Positions 57,303 through 64,000 of a stretch of DNA of 64,000 bases are shown in pieces. The first letter of the stretch is position 1. The number at the start of each line of letters is the position of its first letter. The notes under the pieces are model-generated. The model ran no database searches and was not told the origin of the DNA. It saw nothing but the letters and a program-made list of their open reading frames with translations. The position numbers were made by a program, and so were the translations under genes. Source of the stretch: an uncultured Chthonomonadaceae bacterium (GTDB lineage Bacteria > Armatimonadota > Chthonomonadetes > Chthonomonadales > Chthonomonadaceae); the NCBI GenBank assembly GCA_963835065.1, contig CAWIEK010000063.1, positions 96,001 through 160,000 of the forward strand, written 5' to 3'.

Positions 57303-60300
57303 ATGCCAATTATTTACAGGCGTATTATGGCGCTATTCTCTTTTGCACACACCGCAACCTTTTCTCACGCACCAACGCGCCTGCCGAAAACTGCGCCCGG
57401 TAAGGCGCTGTTGTTGGTTGGCCTGATATGCGCGTGTCCGTCCGCCGATTGCCAGAACGCCGACAGCAAGGGACAGAAGCCGCCAACCGCGAAAACAAAG
57501 CCACAGCAACCCCCGCCCGCAAACGCCGCACCCTCAAAATCCGCGCCCAAAACAACGCTTCCAAATCAAACTGCGCCCCAACAATCCCCCCTTCTCAATC
57601 CGCAATCCCCAATCGGAAATCCAAATCGTCAATTGTCAATCGTCAATCCGCCTGCCGCTGCTTGGGCCGCTTCCTGTGACATTGCAGCAGAAGGCCGTTC
57701 GCGTAGATGTGGAAGCGGGCGCGTTGGGCAATTCCCTGCCGACGTTCTGGCGCGGCGATGCGCGGACGCCCGCCTTCGGACTTGCAAACACCCCTCTCGT
57801 GCCGCCTGCTTCCCCCAATTTCATTTCCCTGCGCAAAGGTTCGGGAGCCACGCTGACGCGGCTGCTGCCTTTTGCCACGCCCGGAACCCTGACGCTGCAC
57901 CCCGATGGAACGCCGATTGTGCGGTGGGAAAGCGTAGACGCGGCGCTCCGGCAGGCGGGGCAGGCGGGCGAAGACGTTATCTTTAACCTCCAGTATCCCG
58001 CCGGGTTATCGCCGGACGGATGGCATGCGCTTGTGGAAGCCGTTCTGCGCCGTTACCGCGACAACCCGCCCGCGCCTATCGCCCGCTGGGAAGTCGCTTT
58101 GAGCGCGGGAGAAGTGGGCGCGCGCTACGAGCCGTTTGCGCGGCTTGTCCGTTCGTTTTACCCCACTACGCCTGTCGGCCTGAACCTGCTTACAGAAAAT
58201 GCGCCTGCTGCCGCCAACGCGCCTGTCGGCAATATGCCTGTCGGCAATATGTCTGTCGGCGGCAAGAAATTTGTTGCGGGCAACGCGCCTGTTGCCGACA
58301 ATGCTTCTGCCGCTGGCATGGTAGCGGAAGGGGTTCGGCGCGTGGCGCAGGTTTGCGTTCAAGGGAAAGTTCCTCTTGATTCCATTGCCTGGCGTTTGGC
58401 GGACACGCCTGCTCCGGCAACGCAGCAAGTGGAGCGCGTTCGGCGCGTTCTGGCTGCCTTTCCCGCTCTGAAGAACGTATTCTTGTTGCCCACGCTTGGG
58501 CTGGAAAGCGCAGCCGGTACACCTGTTCAGGCCGCTTCTGCTCAAAACTCCGCGAGGCAAGGCATTTTGCCGCTATCGGTTTCTTCACAAGCTCCTGATT
58601 CGCAATCCTTTGTTTCGGCGCGTTTGCTTGCGTTTGTGGCGAAGATGCTGGACACGGGGCAATTCTCGCCGCCCAATGCGTTTGTCGGCGCGCTGCTGGA
58701 AGAACCAACGAAGCCTTTGCCGCGCCATAGTTCGAGTGTGGGAAACGCGCTTACCGTTAAAGACGGGGCAGGACTGCTGGACGAGGAAGCCCGGCAGGAA
58801 CAGGACGAGGAACTTGCGGCGGAAGCGAACGCGCAAGCCCGTCTGCAAACCGCGCAGCAGGCGCTTGCCCTGCTTAATCGCATGGCGGGAACGCGAGTAC
58901 GCGCGCAAAGCGACGACAGCGGCATCGGTTGCCTGGCCGCGCGCTCGCAGGGACATACCTTCGTACTTTTGTGGCGGGAACCGGCGGCAGGAAATAAGCC
59001 GGGTCGCCCTTCACGGCTGACGGACGGCGGCAACGCCCTGATTGTCGCGCATCTGCAGCATCTTGGTTTGGAAAACAGCGCGGGCATACGGGTCACGCAA
59101 ACCGACCTGACGCAAACGCTTGCCAATTCTGCAAACATGCCTTCAACCGGATTGCCGGTTCGCGCCAATGCAACGAGCGCGGCAGGCGCGGAAACCAACA
59201 CGATTTTGCCGCCCTCCGGCGTTTCCACAACGTATTGGAGCAGCAATCCCGCCCCGACGAATGTTGTGCCGCCATCGGCTGTACCGACGGCCACAAAACC
59301 GGCTTTTGCCAGGCCGACTGCTATTGTACCGCCTTCCACAAGACCAACAGCCACCAGACCGACAACGGCTGCGCCTCCAACTGCCGCGCCGAAAAACTCC
59401 ACGCCGAAAAACTCTGCGCCCAAAAGTTCCACACTGCCAACCTCTAAACCAACCTCTAAACCAACCTCTGCGCCAACAAACGCCACGCAGCCAAATGCCG
59501 CGCAGTCCAACGCCGCGCCGATAACTGCAACGAACGTCAGTGCCGCGAACGTCAATGCCGCGCCGACAGACGTGGAAATCCCCGTGCTGCTGGAACCGGG
59601 AAGTGTCTGCCTGCTGGAGATTGCGCCCATCAAGGCGAAACCGGTTTTGGCGCTCACGCTGTCTACGCAGGACGCCAATCTCAACGGCGGCGATCCGTTC
59701 AGCGTCGTTCTTGCTGTGCGCAATCTGTCTGCCCGCCCGCAAAATTTGGAACTGGCGCTGGCTTCGCGGATGCCGGACTTGCTGCCGCAGGGCGGGGCGC
59801 AGTTCAAGCCGGGGATGCTGGCCGCGAATGGTATCCGTTCGTTTCGCTTCGGATTGCGCGCCCCGGTGCTGGCTGCGGGAGCCAATGTTTCGCTGACGGC
59901 GCGTATCGGCGACAGCGCCGCTGCGCTAACCGTTCCCGTGCAGTCTCCCCTGGAAGCCAGTCTCGAAGCGCCCGCGCACGGATGTGGAAAGCGGCACGGG
60001 ACGCGCCAACATCCGCGTCCGCCTGGCGAACCGCAGCCGCGCGCCCCTCAGCATTCACTTGCAGGCGGGCGATTCAGGCGAAAACAAAGCGGGAACGTCC
60101 ATTACAGTTCCGCCTGGCGGCAAGCCCGTCACCACAATTCTGGCGGTATCCCCTGCCTCCCATACGCCGGGATTATACCCAACTCAGGTGCGCGTGGAAA
60201 GTTCGGCGCGACTGCTGCAAATCCTGCGGCCTGTGATTGGCGTACCCCTTGTGTGTCCGTATGCCGTCGCCAAACCCGCGATAGATGGCGATTTGCGAGA

Positions 60301-60922
60301 ATGGTCGGGGAATGTGCCTCTGGGCATGGGACGCGCGGAGCAGGCGCGCGGCAAGGCATGGGGCGGGCCCGCCGACGTTTCCGCGTATGCGTATGCGCTG
60401 TGGGATGAGCAATACTTTTATTTTGCCTGCGCCGTAACCGACGATGTGTTCACGCCGCCCCCTAATCCGGCAGGATTGATGCAGGGGGATTGCATCCTGT
60501 TCGCGCTTGCCGTAACGCCGCGCGCCGGAGCGCAGGCAGACCATGCGCTGTATGCGAAATTCGGCATGGCAGTGGTGCAGGATGGACTTGGCGCATCGCA
60601 TCCGGTTCTGGTCCGCCTGTCGCCCGCGCCCAAAGCATCGAATAGACAAACCTCCGCTTTCCGCGAAACAGCCACGCCCGTAAAGAACGCGCGCATCGCC
60701 GTTCGCCGTGAAGACACGCGCGCGTTCTATGAAGCGGCGATTCCGTGGAGCGAATTGCTGTCCCAACCGCCAACGCCCGATTTTATTGTATCGCTTGCAA
60801 TCACCGTTAATGATGTGGATGGGCGCATACAGGGTACAATGGAATGGGGAAGTTTGCTGACAGGCGCGATAAACCCTCTGCTCTTCCCGCCGCTGCGCCT
60901 GGTGAAGTTGCCCGCGCGCTGA
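57303..60922 (+). CDS. Large secreted protein (degenerate GH39-like region, Pro/Thr linker, C-terminal CBM9-like domain), split in three ORFs
   Basis: Signal-like N-terminus; WESVDAALRQA; PAIDGDLREW, LWDEQYFYFA..VTDD, YEAAIPW, VNDVDG. Confidence 0.6.
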
Positions 60923-60928
60923 CCCGGC

Positions 60929-63151
60929 ATGTTTTGGTACGCACCTTCAAGTTGTTTCGTAATTGCGCCTGTTTATTTACAGGAGCGTTCCTTGCCCTTT
61001 CACCTGAAAACCTGGAAGCCGCGTTCCCTCAGTGAAGCGGCCGGCCTGCTGACCGTCGCGCTTGTCGCCCTGCTGCCTTTCCTCCCGCTTATGGAACGGC
61101 TGGAATTGGGCAGTTACAATGTGCGGTTTTCGCTGCGCCACGCCCGCCCGACCCATGCCAAAATTGTCATCGTGAGCATTGACGATGACACCGCGCAATC
61201 CTACGCCGAGGAACTGCATGATCCGAACCGCGAAGGCGGCAGATGGACGGAGCCGATAGTCTTTTGGGGAGCGCGACTGGCAAACGTCATCAAGGAATTG
61301 CATCGGGACAAAGCCAAAGTGATTGGCATAGACTTTTTAATGGCTGCCGATCCCGACAGCCTCATTGCCACAGAATTGGATAAGGCGCTCGACAACGCCC
61401 ATGTTTCCCGAAGCGTCGCGCTGAATGTAAGCAGCAACCTGCCACCCGCCTTGCAGCCCTGGAAAACGTTTGTCGGCGCCCTGGAAGAAGCCGATGGCAG
61501 CGTACTGCTGGCCGATCATCCTTTGTTGAAAAATGCGCAAATGGACCTGTTGCGCTATAATCTGGATGCCACGCAGGGATGTTTGGGCAATGCCATTCTG
61601 CCGAGCGACTTGGATGGCGCGGTGTGGCGCGTCCCTTTGTATACCCGGCTGGTTTACAACGGGAAGGAGAATACCACGCCGGAAGGAGAAGCGCCCCCCG
61701 AGGGGAAGCCGGAAGAGAGGCCATCAGGAGCCGACGCGCCGGACAACATCAAGCCGAACGTGAACACGCCGGGAGTCAGCGCGGCGGCAAGTAACGCCTC
61801 CAGCGGTAACGCGGCGGCAGGCGAAAAAGGGGAGGAAGTCATCATTCCCGGATTTGCTGCGCTGATCGCTGCCCGCGCGAGCGGCATTGATCCCCATGAC
61901 GAAGCGGCGCTGCGGCGGATGGGAGGATTGCCGCTCGGACAGGCCACCATAAACACTGATGTGGAATTCGGCATCAATTATATTGATACCAACGCCATCG
62001 AAAACCTACCATACATTTCCGCCCGGCGTGTGGCGAATGGCGAGTTGACCCAACAGGAACGCGCGCTGTTGCGCGATGCTGTTGTAATGGTTGGCTCGAC
62101 TTATAACGGCAATGAGGATACGCACTATGCCCCGCGCCTGCAGCTCGTCAACGGCGTGGATATTCAGGCGCAGGCGGTTGCGACCCTGCTGGACGGCAAA
62201 ACGCTGCACCGCTGGACTCGCGGCGGCGAAGCCCTGGCGACCCTGCTGATTGGAATTCTTGCCGTTTGTTTCGTGATACGCCTGCCCATCGGCAGAGGCG
62301 GCGCGCTGGTTGTTGCCGCTGAATTGACCTGGTTTCTCATTGTGCAGGGATTTTTCGACGTGGGCGGGCGGATGCTGCCGCAGACCGGCCCCGCGCTGGC
62401 ATTGCTGTTGCCGTTTGTGTCCTGTCACCTGATGCGTTCCCTGGAAGAAGCGCGGCGACGGCATAAAATCGAGGAAATTTTAGGGCGCACCGTTTCTCCC
62501 GCTATTGCCGACCATCTTATGTCGAACCCCGGCGCGCTGGAACTGGGCGGCAAACGCATTGAGGGCAGCGTCCTGTTTTTCGACATTCGTGGATCGAGCG
62601 CGTTCGCGCAGTATCAGCCGGCGGAAACGGTGTTTGCCGAGTACAACGGGCTTTTCGGCGTGGTTGTGCCGGAAATCGAAAAGCACGGCGGGCTGTTGTA
62701 CCGCTATCTTGGCGACGGCTTTATGGCCGTGTTCGGCGTTCCCACTCCCTTAAAAGGGGAACTGAAAGACCATCGGCAGGCGGCAGTCCGGGCCGCGTTT
62801 GCCGCAATACAGGCCGTTCACGCCCGCAATGCCGTTCAGCCGCGCATTGACGGGCAGCCCTGGCGCGTCGGCTGCGGCGTCCACACCGGCGAACTGGCAT
62901 ACGGCAATTTGGGACAGGAGGAACGCTCAGAATTTACTGTAATTGGAGATACAATAAACGTAGCGGCTCGCCTGGAGTCCATGAACAAGAAGCTGAACAG
63001 CGAAATCGTTTTCAGCGCGGCCACCCTTGCCGATGCCCCGCTTCCGCCGGGTTTGCATGGCCCGGTTGATATGCCGGTTGACGGCAAGGTGGGGGATATG
63101 CCAGTCTATTACAAGTGTCAGGAAGATGCGCAGGCGTCGGAGGAATCTTGA
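60929..63151 (+). CDS. CHASE2-domain adenylate/guanylate cyclase
   Basis: IVIVSIDD, IGIDF, D.DGAVWR, GV.IQAQ; FFDIRG, GDGFMA, GDTINVAARLE. Confidence 0.92.
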   Translation: MFWYAPSSCFVIAPVYLQERSLPFHLKTWKPRSLSEAAGLLTVALVALLPFLPLMERLELGSYNVRFSLRHARPTHAKIVIVSIDDDTAQSYAEELHDPNREGGRWTEPIVFWGARLANVIKELHRDKAKVIGIDFLMAADPDSLIATELDKALDNAHVSRSVALNVSSNLPPALQPWKTFVGALEEADGSVLLADHPLLKNAQMDLLRYNLDATQGCLGNAILPSDLDGAVWRVPLYTRLVYNGKENTTPEGEAPPEGKPEERPSGADAPDNIKPNVNTPGVSAAASNASSGNAAAGEKGEEVIIPGFAALIAARASGIDPHDEAALRRMGGLPLGQATINTDVEFGINYIDTNAIENLPYISARRVANGELTQQERALLRDAVVMVGSTYNGNEDTHYAPRLQLVNGVDIQAQAVATLLDGKTLHRWTRGGEALATLLIGILAVCFVIRLPIGRGGALVVAAELTWFLIVQGFFDVGGRMLPQTGPALALLLPFVSCHLMRSLEEARRRHKIEEILGRTVSPAIADHLMSNPGALELGGKRIEGSVLFFDIRGSSAFAQYQPAETVFAEYNGLFGVVVPEIEKHGGLLYRYLGDGFMAVFGVPTPLKGELKDHRQAAVRAAFAAIQAVHARNAVQPRIDGQPWRVGCGVHTGELAYGNLGQEERSEFTVIGDTINVAARLESMNKKLNSEIVFSAATLADAPLPPGLHGPVDMPVDGKVGDMPVYYKCQEDAQASEES

Positions 63152-63153
63152 AA

Positions 63154-64000
63154 ATGAAGCAAACTTTACAGCTTAATCTGCGTCAAAATAAATTCATGCT
63201 AAATCGAACCCTAATCCAGCCCATAAATCAGTTGGTCACGCGGGCGCGGCTCTGGAAGCGGTTCCGCTCCCTGCAAATCAGCCCGGCAGAAACGGGTTGG
63301 CTTTTCGCTTGCGGATTGGTGGCAGGCTGTTGGAGCGTGAGCGTAATGGCGCAAAAGCCCGCTTCGGTCGGTCCTGTCGGGCAGTTGCTCAATGTGCGCG
63401 GCGGAGTGAAAATCGAACACGACGGCAAGGTGACGAACCCGCAAGCGCATACCTGTGACCTGCTGCATGAGGGCGATGTTGTGACAATCGCTCCGGGCGC
63501 GAACGCGCAGGCGTTGCTTTCCAGCACGGGTCTGCGCTACGCCCTGGCAAGCGGCAGCAAGATACAGGTGCAATCCGGCTTGAAAACTCTATCCGGCGCT
63601 GCGCCCAAAGAAATGCCCCGCATTGGCCGCGCCCTTGCCATGAACCGTCCCGGCAGGGCCGGGGCCACACTGCTGCGCGGATCGGAGGATACCGATGGCC
63701 CTTCGCATCCTTCTCCTACCGGCCTGGTTCCTGCCAAACCCGTCGTGCTGCGCTGGTCGGGAACCACAGAAGGCAGCCTGATTGTGCGAGTACTGGAAGC
63801 GGATACGGATAAACTAGTGTATACTGAAACCATAGCCGCAAACGTTCAGGAGCAAAAAATACCTGACGACAAATTGCATCTGGGCGTTTGGTACTCCTGG
63901 TCTGTGCAGGCTATGCCCTCCGACGCGCCGGGGCGGGTCTGCAAGAGTCTGTTTCGCCTGCCCCTGAAAACGGATGCGGCCCATTTAGCTGCCCTGGAGC
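63154..64000 (+). CDS. Secreted protein, FecR/DUF928-like CHASE2 partner (truncated by window end)
   Basis: Open frame from ATG 63154: GQLLNVRGGV..LLHEGD..GANA; LRW; L.LGVWYSWSV. Confidence 0.6.
   Translation, partial: MKQTLQLNLRQNKFMLNRTLIQPINQLVTRARLWKRFRSLQISPAETGWLFACGLVAGCWSVSVMAQKPASVGPVGQLLNVRGGVKIEHDGKVTNPQAHTCDLLHEGDVVTIAPGANAQALLSSTGLRYALASGSKIQVQSGLKTLSGAAPKEMPRIGRALAMNRPGRAGATLLRGSEDTDGPSHPSPTGLVPAKPVVLRWSGTTEGSLIVRVLEADTDKLVYTETIAANVQEQKIPDDKLHLGVWYSWSVQAMPSDAPGRVCKSLFRLPLKTDAAHLAALE

Noticed and set aside
821..57650. Heptamer arrays as CRISPR repeats
   Set aside because: No repeat-spacer periodicity and no cas genes
59200..59570. Pro/Thr/Ala/Asn repeats (PTSK, KNS.P)
   Set aside because: Ordinary low-complexity linker of a secreted protein

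Overview
GC-rich bacterial chromosome segment; the gene families present suggest Armatimonadota (inference). Core genes include a UvrD/PcrA helicase, an RND pump with MarR, a glycogen debranching enzyme, MUG, pgm, ppdK, folP, Rrf2-cysK, FIST/GAF two-component genes, a CHASE2 adenylate cyclase and large secreted glyco-proteins. Several genes are split by single-base frameshifts, which may be read errors. Two patterns stand out. (1) Housekeeping genes have their own 3' ends repeated downstream as 5'-truncated, mostly synonymously diverged copies that bracket accessory cargo: ppdK twice, the RND gene once and a histidine kinase once. No integrase or transposase lies nearby. Behind ppdK this forms a ~7 kb stack of paralogous toxin-antitoxin-like gene pairs (HEPN plus small partner; an unknown two-gene module) that decay with distance from the gene. 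(2) Many different heptamer repeats, nearly always about 4 units long and often paired as hairpins, lie between genes and in frame inside conserved proteins. Also present: a frameshifted anti-phage-type dCTP deaminase next to a uracil-DNA glycosylase, a candidate ~130-nt sRNA and long palindromic elements. No rRNA, tRNA or CRISPR array was recognised.
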